A stretch of DNA of 52,467 bases. Source: a phage. Every line of letters begins with the position of its first letter. The stretch's first letter is position 1. Positions 1-8,609 of this stretch are shown here, piece after piece. The notes under the pieces were generated by a model, which did no database searches, had not been told where the DNA came from, and worked only from the letters and a program-made list of their open reading frames with translations. The stretch lies in sequence record PZ379545.1, one strand, 5' to 3'. Made by a program: the position numbers and the translations under genes.

Positions 1-39
<39 letters not shown>

Positions 40-293
40 TTTTTTATTCTTAATTTGTTTCAATATTAATGAGACTAAAATTCGTAACAAAGCTACGAGA
101 CTCGACTTGTTACAATATTATAATTTTTATTTTTGGGTCGGCGGGGAGGGGAAGCCCAACATCCCTATCGGGATAAATACGGTCCCTTAACCAACTTTTT
201 CCAGCCTATCGGCTCAATTCCAAAACCATAGTAGGCGCTACGCTTATGAGTCAAGGTCAAGACAGCACGCTGTAAGAATGTGCTTATCTCTCC

Positions 294-310
294 ATTAGTT
301 GATTGTGAAT
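294..310 (+). promoter_or_regulatory. Candidate phage-type promoter motif (ATTAGTTGATTGTGAAT) upstream of the RNA polymerase gene
   Basis: Variant of a ~20 nt motif recurring in intergenic regions across the window. Confidence 0.35.
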
Positions 311-373
311 TGTGTAATGGCTACGCAAGCCTAATCCGTTTCAGTTAGAACTATACACAATTTGGAGACTATC

Positions 374-2488
374 GTGACTAATGAAGAATATCGTGCACTG
401 GCTGCTGATGGCGCTCGCTTGAAAGAAGAAGGCCACGGTTGGAAAGACGTGCTTGATACAATGGACCGTTGTAACCAGATGGTTGATGAAATCACCTCCG
501 CTACACAATCTGAAACTAAAACCGAAACTAAATTGGAGACTCGCAAAATGACAACTATCACAACTCAAACTATCAAATCCGTTGTTCCTGCTATCACCGC
601 TCTGGTATACCGTGCTAAAGAGAAACAGAATTACATGCAGCCTCAGACCTGTGCTATTGCTGCCCTTGCTATCTTCAAGATGCTGACCTCATTCACTCGT
701 GAAGATGTTGTACCAGCCATCGCTATGGTTGAACTGGCATCTGGTGCTATTGCTGATGCTAACCGTTACAACAACGACCTGAAAGCAATGCACTATGTTG
801 ACCCAGCTATCAACCTGATTGGTCTGGCTAAACACTTCGGTTTCATCACCATGAACGAAGATAAGTCATTCCAGTTGACCGAAGCATGGATTGAGCTGGT
901 CACAACTAAAGAGACTAGCATCCCGTTAACAGAACGTGTCACCACTGAAACTCGTCGTAAGCCTTTCGTTAAAGGTGGCAAGGTTAAGCCATCCAAGACT
1001 CTGAAAGCTGCAATCGAATTCCTGCAAGATACTGAGTATCATGTTGATGCTCAAATGGTTCAAGTTATTCAGTCCATGATTGAACAACGTACCTACGGTG
1101 GTTTGCAGATGCCAGAAGCTATCCAGACTGAACTTCATGTTTGGAACAATGCTGTAGCAATGGCTGGTCAGGATACTCTGTTCTCTGACTACTTTGCTGA
1201 TAACCGTGGTCGTCTGTATCATGTAGCATGTGCTGGTCCTAACCCACAATCATCTGACTTTGCTCGTTGCTTGTATTCTCACAATGTTGAGAACATCGTT
1301 AAGAAGTTTAACGAAGATGGTTCTACAACTCTGGCATACAACATGTTCATGGCTGAGCTGGAAGATATTTCTGGTGGAGACTGGTGTTCTGCTAAACGTT
1401 TAACTTATGTTGCTCAGAATCCTGCTGGTTCACTTGCTCGCATGATGAACATGCCTAAAGCTGAACGTCCTTCCAAGCCATTCACTTATGTTCGTCTGGC
1501 TCTGGATTGGTTCAAGTTTGAGACTACAGGTGAGTGCGATTCTCGTGTAGGCTTTGGCTTAGATGCTAAATGTTCTGGTACTCAATATCTGGCATTCATT
1601 GCAGGTAACATGGAAATGGCTCGTGCTACAGGTCTGGTTGATTCTGAGACTAAAGCATCTGACCCATACCAGTTGAGTCTCCGTGAACTGTTGAAGCTGC
1701 TGGACAAGTCTTCAATGAAACCTTCTGTTGAAATCATGGAAGAGTTCTTGAACCCTAAAGCTGGTCGTAAGTTTATCAAAACTCCATACATGGCTATTCA
1801 GTATGGTGGTGGTAAAGCTGCTTTAACTGGCTCTTCTGACTTTATCTCTTACATGACTGCATCTCTCCAGATTCCAGTTGAGAAAGCAGAAGCATTTGCT
1901 GAACTGTGTGTGGAAGCAATCCATAACGCATTGGGTGCTAAGATTAACATGTTCATTGAGAAAGCTGCTGATGCTGCATATCAACGTTGTGTTGAGCTTA
2001 ACAAGGAATACATCACCTATAAGCACACTGATGGCCAGGTTGTAATGAAGCCTTGCTTCCCATCTCGTGAAATCTGTGATGCATTCAGCATTCGTGTTGA
2101 CTCTCAAACTCGTGTTATCTTTGGTCAGATTCAGGAAGAGAAACCTTGGACCATTCGTGAATCCAATCCAACTAAAGAGGAATTCAAGCGTACTTTCGTA
2201 GTCAACTATATTCAAGGTATTGACGCATTGGTTGCTCGTACTGTTGCTGTTAAAGCTAAAGAAGCTGGTCTTCGTGGTTTCACTTCAATCCACGATTGTT
2301 TCCGTTGCTGCTTAGCTGATGCTCCACGTATGATGGAAGTTATTCGTGCAGCATATGTTGAAATCTTTGTAACCAACAATCAGTTTGAGAACTTGTCTAA
2401 GCAGATTGGTGGCATCAAGATGTATCATGAGAACATCGTAACTGAAGAGCTTCTGATGAGCGAACACGCTTACTACTTCTGTCAATGA
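374..2488 (+). CDS. T7-like single-subunit DNA-dependent RNA polymerase, short N-terminal region
   Basis: Translation carries the ssRNAP catalytic motifs as read against T7 RNAP from memory: DAKCSGTQY (motif A), RKFIKTPYMAIQYGGG (motif B), FTSIHDCF (motif C). GTG start at 374 with GGAG 6 nt upstream; the ORF track starts at TTG 362. Confidence 0.85.
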   Translation: MTNEEYRALAADGARLKEEGHGWKDVLDTMDRCNQMVDEITSATQSETKTETKLETRKMTTITTQTIKSVVPAITALVYRAKEKQNYMQPQTCAIAALAIFKMLTSFTREDVVPAIAMVELASGAIADANRYNNDLKAMHYVDPAINLIGLAKHFGFITMNEDKSFQLTEAWIELVTTKETSIPLTERVTTETRRKPFVKGGKVKPSKTLKAAIEFLQDTEYHVDAQMVQVIQSMIEQRTYGGLQMPEAIQTELHVWNNAVAMAGQDTLFSDYFADNRGRLYHVACAGPNPQSSDFARCLYSHNVENIVKKFNEDGSTTLAYNMFMAELEDISGGDWCSAKRLTYVAQNPAGSLARMMNMPKAERPSKPFTYVRLALDWFKFETTGECDSRVGFGLDAKCSGTQYLAFIAGNMEMARATGLVDSETKASDPYQLSLRELLKLLDKSSMKPSVEIMEEFLNPKAGRKFIKTPYMAIQYGGGKAALTGSSDFISYMTASLQIPVEKAEAFAELCVEAIHNALGAKINMFIEKAADAAYQRCVELNKEYITYKHTDGQVVMKPCFPSREICDAFSIRVDSQTRVIFGQIQEEKPWTIRESNPTKEEFKRTFVVNYIQGIDALVARTVAVKAKEAGLRGFTSIHDCFRCCLADAPRMMEVIRAAYVEIFVTNNQFENLSKQIGGIKMYHENIVTEELLMSEHAYYFCQ

Positions 2489-2529
2489 TATTAATTGGTC
2501 AAGGATGACCACAAACTTGGAGACTTATA

Positions 2530-2730
2530 ATGAATACCATGCAAATCAATCAAATCGAAAACTGTTTCAATCCTCATCACACCTGTGACATGAGTGATTT
2601 ATCTCGTCCTACAGTGGAGGAGACTAAAGACTTCTTAGAATTGTTGGCAGAATATAAACAAGAGTCGCATGTATTATTGCACGCATTCTTGCATAATTCT
2701 GGATACTTTGATACAGAGATACCGTTCTGA
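2530..2730 (+). CDS. Hypothetical small protein
   Basis: 66-aa ORF, ATG preceded by TTGGAGAC RBS-like motif; followed by a terminator hairpin. Confidence 0.55.
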   Translation: MNTMQINQIENCFNPHHTCDMSDLSRPTVEETKDFLELLAEYKQESHVLLHAFLHNSGYFDTEIPF

Positions 2731-2735
2731 TACTT

Positions 2736-2758
2736 GGGAGCTTCGGCTCCCTATTTTT
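2736..2758 (+). terminator. Rho-independent terminator (GGGAGC-UUCG-GCUCCC plus U tract)
   Basis: Perfect 6-bp GC-rich stem, UUCG tetraloop, then TATTTTT. Confidence 0.7.
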
Positions 2759-2806
2759 GTTCTAATTAATCTTAGAGCTGGCTTCAATATTGTAGCCATC
2801 TGTAAC

Positions 2807-2823
2807 ATTAGTTGGATGTGAAG
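2807..2823 (+). promoter_or_regulatory. Candidate phage-type promoter motif (ATTAGTTGGATGTGAAG)
   Basis: Best match to the recurring intergenic motif. Confidence 0.45.
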
Positions 2824-3264
2824 TAAAAGAATACGGAGAAATATTCCGCATGTCATGTTGAATCATTCTAGAAACATTCAGCATGTCAGCTTTGAGTTAC
2901 AGTGTTGTAATGATGTGGCAATCATTGAACTCCCTAGGTAGGCCACCTACAGTTCCAGCAACCATGGCAAAGAGTAGGATTATATACTTCGAAACTTGTA
3001 CTTCACCTATAGCATGTCTATTAGTTTCAATCTTGGTTCGCCACCTAGTAAAGTGCAATCTGGATTCAATCCTAGCTCAGTGCACAAAATAGCGGACAAC
3101 CTGTTACTCCTATTATCAAGGCCCACCCACAAGCCGGGAGATAACTTTTACAAGACTGGAACTTTTGGACATGCTTCTTCTTTTCGAAGTAAATTCGATA
3201 ACAGAGAAGAGTCGGAGCAAAGCCTCTCGTTTTCACGCAGAAGCCGCCCCGAATTTGAGCAACA

Positions 3265-3664
3265 AATATTGTGGCAATATTGCTACAGTATGGCATGTAA
3301 ATATTGCAACAAATCGGCATGTTAGAATGTGGCAGAATTGTTAGAGGACTAATCACCTCGAAGATACAATCGTCTACCAATCCGGCATGTAGATTTCGTT
3401 GCAGTATTTGTGCCAATTTAAGCATGTAATATTGTAACAGGTTCGTGCTAACCCGCATGAATACTGGCTTCCAGCCAAGCGAAGGCTTTATCATCGCATG
3501 TAATATTGTGACAATATTGGGATAAAACCCTTTATTTAATTAGTTTTATTATGCTGTACATGGTCGGTTTTCCGTACCTGCTTGCTCCAATCTTAATGTG
3601 CCAAATACATCAAGTATGGGAGTAAACCTGTAATTAATGATGCATGTTTAATTGTGACAAAATT
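3265..3664. repeat. Array of at least six AATATTG-N3-CAATATT-like palindromes, several preceded by GCATGT
   Basis: Perfect palindromes at 3265-3281 (spacer TGG) and 3502-3518 (spacer TGA); imperfect copies near 3276, 3301, 3428 and 3648; GCATGT at 3293, 3317, 3385, 3422, 3496, 3642. Region has no convincing ORF. Confidence 0.7.
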
Positions 3665-3712
3665 CGTCTATTTGGCAGATGAATTGGTTGCAATTAAGCA
3701 TGTCCATTTATC

Positions 3713-3729
3713 ATTAGTTGCATGTGAAT
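3713..3729 (+). promoter_or_regulatory. Candidate phage-type promoter motif (ATTAGTTGCATGTGAAT) ahead of the early gene block
   Basis: Motif match at the end of the non-coding repeat region. Confidence 0.4.
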
Positions 3730-4000
3730 AAGACCAAATCTCTGTAAATTCTGCTGAAATTGTGTGACAGATTTTAGAGAGATTATGTCTCCAAGCTAAT
3801 CATTGTAGTTTTCGGCACTTGTTGTGTCACATATAGTCTGTGCAAAAGGTGTGGTTTGCAGGAGTGCAAGAGCTTCGCAATACTAGGAAGTAACCGAGAG
3901 CAGCACACACAGAGATGCTATATAACTCCCTACAACTTTAAGGTGGATTGAGGTAAGACAAGACCTCCACAATCGTTCTGTAGGGAGTTTTCTTTTAACT

Positions 4001-4261
4001 TTGGAGAATAAAATGGATACTGTAATTAAAGCTGCTTGTTTTAAAGACCTGCCAGATGGTCAAATCTTCACTGTTCGTTCTGTGAAGTGGATTAAAGTAA
4101 ATGAGTCAGACAAGTACAATGCTGTAAAGTTCTTTGATTCAAGCAAAGCATGTACTTTTAGCGACAATATTGTTGTCAATATTGAAGTCGAATTAATTCC
4201 TGATGACGAAGATGTTGAAGTGACTCTTCGTAACACTGCTGGATATAATGAGGGATTCTAA
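4001..4261 (+). CDS. Hypothetical early protein with acidic C-terminus
   Basis: 86-aa ORF, first gene after the repeat region, GGAG RBS. Confidence 0.6.
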   Translation: MENKMDTVIKAACFKDLPDGQIFTVRSVKWIKVNESDKYNAVKFFDSSKACTFSDNIVVNIEVELIPDDEDVEVTLRNTAGYNEGF

Positions 4262-4504
4262 ATGAATTATGCACTATATCAATACATCAATCGTGATGGT
4301 GTTGTTTCTCATGCTTTGGTTAATACTAAGACCAGAGCAATAATGTTGGCAGACTTAATGACTGGTTCATCAATTTACGAAAACAAACTGGTGTGGAAGA
4401 ATGCCGCATATCCTGAATATGTTTGGCAAGCAATCCAGAACGACAAACATCACAAAGTTGTGGCAACTGCCGCACATCCAGACTTCCTGAAAGTAAGAGG
4501 CTAA
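4262..4504 (+). CDS. Hypothetical early protein
   Basis: 80-aa ORF immediately following the previous stop. Confidence 0.55.
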   Translation: MNYALYQYINRDGVVSHALVNTKTRAIMLADLMTGSSIYENKLVWKNAAYPEYVWQAIQNDKHHKVVATAAHPDFLKVRG

Positions 4505-4506
4505 TC

Positions 4507-4695
4507 ATGGACTTCATCGTCTTCTTCAAATTAAATGGTGTAGAGCAAAGGTTGTACTTCAATTCTTTACTTCGTTTACAGGAGTGGGCGGAGAAGTTTG
4601 TTGGTTACGACTTTGATTACATCAATGCATGTACAACTGACGAACATGAAGAAATCGTGTTCAGTGGATTAAATCAAATTCTGGAGGCAAGATGA
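4507..4695 (+). CDS. Hypothetical early protein
   Basis: ATG at 4507 directly after the upstream stop; 62 aa. Confidence 0.5.
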   Translation: MDFIVFFKLNGVEQRLYFNSLLRLQEWAEKFVGYDFDYINACTTDEHEEIVFSGLNQILEAR

Positions 4696-4925
4696 CACAG
4701 TTTAAATTAAAGGCTGACTTAATCGAGTTGGCCTCTTACGAAGAGAAAGTAGAATTCCTTCAAGAGAGAATTATTGTCAACTATTGTGGTTGGGCTGACA
4801 CTATTTTAAGTGAGCTTGTTGTTCGTATTAAAGACGAAGTTGGTATTGATATCACTTTCCAACAACTTAACGATGATGTTTTGACTGCCAAAGTGCTGGA
4901 AAATCTGGCAGCAAACTTCTATTGA
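4692..4925 (+). CDS. Hypothetical early protein
   Basis: 77-aa ORF with ATGA overlap to the upstream gene. Confidence 0.55.
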   Translation: MTQFKLKADLIELASYEEKVEFLQERIIVNYCGWADTILSELVVRIKDEVGIDITFQQLNDDVLTAKVLENLAANFY

Positions 4926-4933
4926 GGTTAACC

Positions 4934-5104
4934 ATGTTCGAAAATGAAGAAGTGAGTCTTTGGAGTTTCATGCAAGGTGTTAAGCAAGTTGCAGAAAATC
5001 CGAAAATCGAATCTGTTGTAATTTCTCGTGAAATGGCCCTATTCTTGGGCCAACACATCAATCTTCTTGAAGAACAGCTTGATGCTGCTCGGAGTGGAAA
5101 ATGA
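4934..5104 (+). CDS. Hypothetical early protein
   Basis: ATG at 4934 with GAGG RBS 5 nt upstream; 56 aa. Confidence 0.5.
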   Translation: MFENEEVSLWSFMQGVKQVAENPKIESVVISREMALFLGQHINLLEEQLDAARSGK

Positions 5105-5268
5105 AGAAGAAGCTCAAATATATGACCAAAACAGTTACATATATGGCTATGTATGGTGCTTCAAAGCGTAAGGCTAAGAAATTAGCAAGAGCTGCAAATC
5201 CTCGCATGCCAGCACGTAAGGTGGCTAAAATCGTAAATCTAGTATTCAGGAATTGGAGTATAAAATGA
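5101..5268 (+). CDS. Hypothetical small basic protein (55 aa, Lys/Arg-rich)
   Basis: ORF below the track cutoff, found by hand; ATGA overlaps with both neighbours. Confidence 0.4.
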   Translation: MKKKLKYMTKTVTYMAMYGASKRKAKKLARAANPRMPARKVAKIVNLVFRNWSIK

Positions 5269-5441
5269 ACGACCAGCAATTCAACACATTTCTGCAACAA
5301 ATGAATCATACTGAATTAATGAATCATTTGGAAGGCAAGACTAAACAGCAACAATATGTTCCTCGTGCTCGTGATAAGTATATGCCAACCATTATTGCAT
5401 GTGTTGGATTCCTGATTGTTCTCTACTTCCTGGTGAAATAA
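5265..5441 (+). CDS. Hypothetical small membrane protein with C-terminal hydrophobic helix
   Basis: ATG at 5265 after GGAG; C-terminus PTIIACVGFLIVLYFLVK. Confidence 0.5.
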   Translation: MNDQQFNTFLQQMNHTELMNHLEGKTKQQQYVPRARDKYMPTIIACVGFLIVLYFLVK

Positions 5442-5538
5442 ATGGATATTGTAAAGAAATTTGTATTCTGTATTCTGATGTTCCCACTTGTGTTCCTTGT
5501 TGTTGGCGCATTCATGTACTTTTAATATTGGAGTTATT

Positions 5539-5802
5539 ATGGCTACTAAAACTGGCATGATGCTCGTACCACGCCGTAATAACTCTTTGGCTGGTTTCGA
5601 GCCGTATAAGATTTACCGTGTTATATCTGGAACTGGTGAAGCAAACCTTTCAGAAGTCGCCTTGAAGATGGGCCGTATGGTCCATTCCGAAATGTCTTGT
5701 AACGTAGTTGATGATGAAGGTAAAATCCGATTTGTAACATTGGATTTCTTTCGCGAATTTAAACTTGAATCAGAATTAGGTGTTTTATACCATGAAATTT
5801 AA
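5539..5802 (+). CDS. Hypothetical early protein
   Basis: ATG at 5539 after TTGGAG RBS; 87 aa. Confidence 0.55.
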   Translation: MATKTGMMLVPRRNNSLAGFEPYKIYRVISGTGEANLSEVALKMGRMVHSEMSCNVVDDEGKIRFVTLDFFREFKLESELGVLYHEI

Positions 5803-6019
5803 ATGTGTTGCTTCAACCAAAGACTACGTTCCAGTTGGCTTAATCATTGAAGGTGAAGCTATTTCGCCTTTGGAATTTAAAGTGACTAAATCTGCTGAAA
5901 GCATTTCTCCAGCATTCCGTAAAGGTGCTGTCGTTCCTATGAATGGTGCATTCTGGACATGGCAGCGTGACCATCGTGCAGAATTTGCAGATATTTGTGA
6001 GCAAGGTGCATTACAATGA
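5792..6019 (+). CDS. Early paralog family member 1 (MKFKCV...WTW)
   Basis: Shares N-terminal KFKC(V/I), YVP.G.IIEGE and C-terminal P(M/L)NG..WTW motifs with the next two genes. Confidence 0.6.
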   Translation: MKFKCVASTKDYVPVGLIIEGEAISPLEFKVTKSAESISPAFRKGAVVPMNGAFWTWQRDHRAEFADICEQGALQ

Positions 6020-6246
6020 CAAAGTTTATATGTATAAAATCCTCTTCTTCATCCGAATATGCTCCTAAAGTTGGAGATGTGATTGAAGGAGAACTTGTAC
6101 AAATACAGCGAAAACATGGAATCGACACTCGAATAATTGTTTCGAATGTTGGGGACAGAGTGGCTGCCAATGGCAGACCCTACTGGAGCATTGGTGAAAG
6201 TGTCCCATTAAACGGAAGTATTTGGACTTGGAAAGAGGTTAAATAA
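6016..6246 (+). CDS. Early paralog family member 2 (MTKFICI...WTWKEVK)
   Basis: Same motif set as 5792-6019; ATGA overlap. Confidence 0.6.
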   Translation: MTKFICIKSSSSSEYAPKVGDVIEGELVQIQRKHGIDTRIIVSNVGDRVAANGRPYWSIGESVPLNGSIWTWKEVK

Positions 6247-6312
6247 TTTCCTCAACCACTTTTGTAGTGAGAGTGGTTGCTGAATATTATTAATTAACTT
6301 GGAGTATATGAA

Positions 6313-6798
6313 ATGGCCAAATTCAAATGTGTAAAGGGTTCTGAATACGTTCCAGAAGGAACAATTCTTGAGGGTGTCCAGAGAAAGGGCAGACTCATAC
6401 TTACCAAGCCGTCCGAGCTTCTTGGAATTGACGGAAATCCGAGATTCAGTGAAGGCGATGACCTGCCAATGGAAGGTGTTTTATGGACTTGGGAAGAGAT
6501 TAAAGAGAAAGTGAAACAACGTACTCGTTTACATCGTGACCCAGCCACAGGTCGCATGTTGCCAGCATATTTGAAAGTTGGTGATTTGGTTTACACTCGT
6601 GACTTTGCTTTTGATATTTGTCCTAGCAAAGTTTATGTTGTTCTTGCCACCAGCTTGTCTAAGCCTAAAGTGCTGTTTGGTGCACTTGAGCCAATTCAAT
6701 TAACCGGAACTCAATTTGTCATTAAAGATGAATCTGGTTGCAATCGCACCTTCAGTCTTGAAGGCGGATTATCTAAGTGGGAGAAAGTGAAGAAATGA
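6313..6798 (+). CDS. Early paralog family member 3 with about 85 aa C-terminal extension
   Basis: N-terminal 75 aa match the family motifs (MAKFKCV...LWTWEEIKEK); 161 aa in total. Confidence 0.65.
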   Translation: MAKFKCVKGSEYVPEGTILEGVQRKGRLILTKPSELLGIDGNPRFSEGDDLPMEGVLWTWEEIKEKVKQRTRLHRDPATGRMLPAYLKVGDLVYTRDFAFDICPSKVYVVLATSLSKPKVLFGALEPIQLTGTQFVIKDESGCNRTFSLEGGLSKWEKVKK

Positions 6799-7082
6799 AC
6801 AAGAATTCAATTTTGCGTTATGTTGGTAAAACAAATTACAACTTTACCAACGGTAAGAAGTATAAAATCGTCGCAGGTCGTGGTGACGGAGTTCCTCGCA
6901 ACAACGGTACACTCGGTGCGTATATTCAATCTCCTTTGGGTTTTGTCGTTAATGACGATAACCGTAATTTATCTTATCGTACATTCTCCGATAATTGGGA
7001 ACTTGTGAAAGATTCTGGTGAAGTTAGTTGGTATAAACCTGAATCAAACATGGACCCAATTCCTGTATCGAAGGTGATGTGA
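6795..7082 (+). CDS. Hypothetical early protein
   Basis: ATG at 6795 overlapping the upstream stop; 95 aa. Confidence 0.55.
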   Translation: MNKNSILRYVGKTNYNFTNGKKYKIVAGRGDGVPRNNGTLGAYIQSPLGFVVNDDNRNLSYRTFSDNWELVKDSGEVSWYKPESNMDPIPVSKVM

Positions 7083-7242
7083 GGATTGAATATTAAATAC
7101 CTAATACTGACACTTACTATTAGCGTTGTTATACTTACGATTGTTATAGGCTTTGCCAACCTGCTGCTATTACAAGCAGGAATATAAACTGGCGCGTTAA
7201 ATTAACAAGGAGCATTCATTGAGTGTTCCTGATTAATCTAAC

Positions 7243-7260
7243 ATTAGTTGGATGTGAGAG
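7243..7260 (+). promoter_or_regulatory. Candidate phage-type promoter motif (ATTAGTTGGATGTGAGAG)
   Basis: Motif match in the intergenic region upstream of the SSB-tip gene. Confidence 0.45.
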
Positions 7261-7332
7261 AGACAAAGCTATTCCGTGGTTAGCAATGTCACTGTAACTT
7301 AAACTGTAATTAACTTAATAGAGAAATTAATC

Positions 7333-7710
7333 ATGGCACAATATAACGATTTAAACACTGGCATCATTGGTGCAAACGGCTACAAGAAGCAAGACACTCA
7401 TCCTGATGTTCGTGGCCGCATTAACGTAGAGGGTATCTGGTATTGGGTATCTGGTTGGACCAAAAAGGCTGGTGACAATGAATTTACTTCATTGGCACTG
7501 ACCATCATGACTCAGGAACAAGTTGATGAAATGATGCGTAAGCGTGAAGAGAAAGCTAAAGCCAAAGCTCAACCTCAAGCTGCCGCTCAACAGCAACAGC
7601 CACGCCAGCAACCTTCTGCACAACAGCAAGCACCTGTTCAGCAACAGACGCAGAATAGTAACTACAACCCGAACGAGCCGAAAGACTTCGACGACGACAT
7701 TCCGTTCTAA
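7333..7710 (+). CDS. Small protein with Gln/Ala-rich linker and SSB-type C-terminal tip DFDDDIPF
   Basis: 125 aa: about 75-aa N-terminal domain, low-complexity QQQ/AAQ linker, last eight residues identical to the E. coli SSB C-terminal tip as I recall it. Confidence 0.7.
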   Translation: MAQYNDLNTGIIGANGYKKQDTHPDVRGRINVEGIWYWVSGWTKKAGDNEFTSLALTIMTQEQVDEMMRKREEKAKAKAQPQAAAQQQQPRQQPSAQQQAPVQQQTQNSNYNPNEPKDFDDDIPF

Positions 7711-7717
7711 TAGAGAT

Positions 7718-7747
7718 GCCCTATGAAAATCTTATGTTTTATAGGGC
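7718..7747 (+). terminator. Hairpin downstream of the SSB-tip gene, possible terminator
   Basis: GCCCTAT...ATAGGGC stem with inner AAAA/TTTT pairing; weak U tract. Confidence 0.35.
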
Positions 7748-7831
7748 TACATAATTGGGAAATTTCACACGAAAACGATTATGTAACCATTTGGGTGTGT
7801 AAGCACTGTTCAGCAATGCGTGAGGAATATC

Positions 7832-8557
7832 ATGGGAGCTAGAATCTTCGAAATTCCAGTAAATCTGGTTAAAAATGGTGATACGCTTTGGTATGCAGAT
7901 AAAGAGTACCCAATCGTAAATGTAGTCCGCCTACGAGACTGCACAACACTTAACTACTTATTGGGAAAAGACCGAAGCGGGTACTTTAACTTCGAAAACA
8001 GTCGAATTGTTAAACTTATTGACAAGCAAAACGAATTCAATGTTCCTTACACTGCGGTGTCACCAACAATTGAGTTTCCTAACCAAATAAATCCAGTATT
8101 CCTTCCTGTAGAAGAGTTTAATAAACAGGAAGTATCCGATGAAGAAGATGTTCTCGGAAAAGATGTGGAAGTTGGTGATGTTATTTGGGTAAATAACAAT
8201 TGGGCAACTGTAACAAACGTGTACAAACATCCACATTCGCCAGCCAATAAAGTAAATGTAGACTATGGAAACATTAAAGGTTTACAAGTACGGCTGGCAT
8301 TAACTGGAACATTCTCAAGAAAGGTAAGAGCAGCAATGGAAACATTAAATATTCAAAATGCAATTGAAGCACAACGTATTCTTCTGCAAAAGCTGGAGCA
8401 AATGCTCGACTTAACGCAGCTCCCACCAACAGAAGATGGCAGGATTGCAATTGGCAACTGCAACATTCGCGTGGACAAGGCAACAGTTGTTAAAGCCGCA
8501 CGCGATGAGATGAAAGCTGCCGCAAGCAAATCCGCAGAGCTTATCAAGAAACTGTAA
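7832..8557 (+). CDS. Hypothetical protein
   Basis: 241-aa ORF, ATG at 7832 with GAGG RBS. Confidence 0.6.
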   Translation: MGARIFEIPVNLVKNGDTLWYADKEYPIVNVVRLRDCTTLNYLLGKDRSGYFNFENSRIVKLIDKQNEFNVPYTAVSPTIEFPNQINPVFLPVEEFNKQEVSDEEDVLGKDVEVGDVIWVNNNWATVTNVYKHPHSPANKVNVDYGNIKGLQVRLALTGTFSRKVRAAMETLNIQNAIEAQRILLQKLEQMLDLTQLPPTEDGRIAIGNCNIRVDKATVVKAARDEMKAAASKSAELIKKL

Positions 8558-8609
8558 TTAACAGAGGTCATTCCACTTCGAGTGGCCTCGATTAATTACT
8601 GGAGGAATT

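Noticed and set aside
2883-3494. Three overlapping ORFs (69, 109 and 140 aa) across the palindrome region
   Set aside because: They overlap each other on both strands, lack RBS, and are full of the repeat units; the region is better explained as regulatory DNA.
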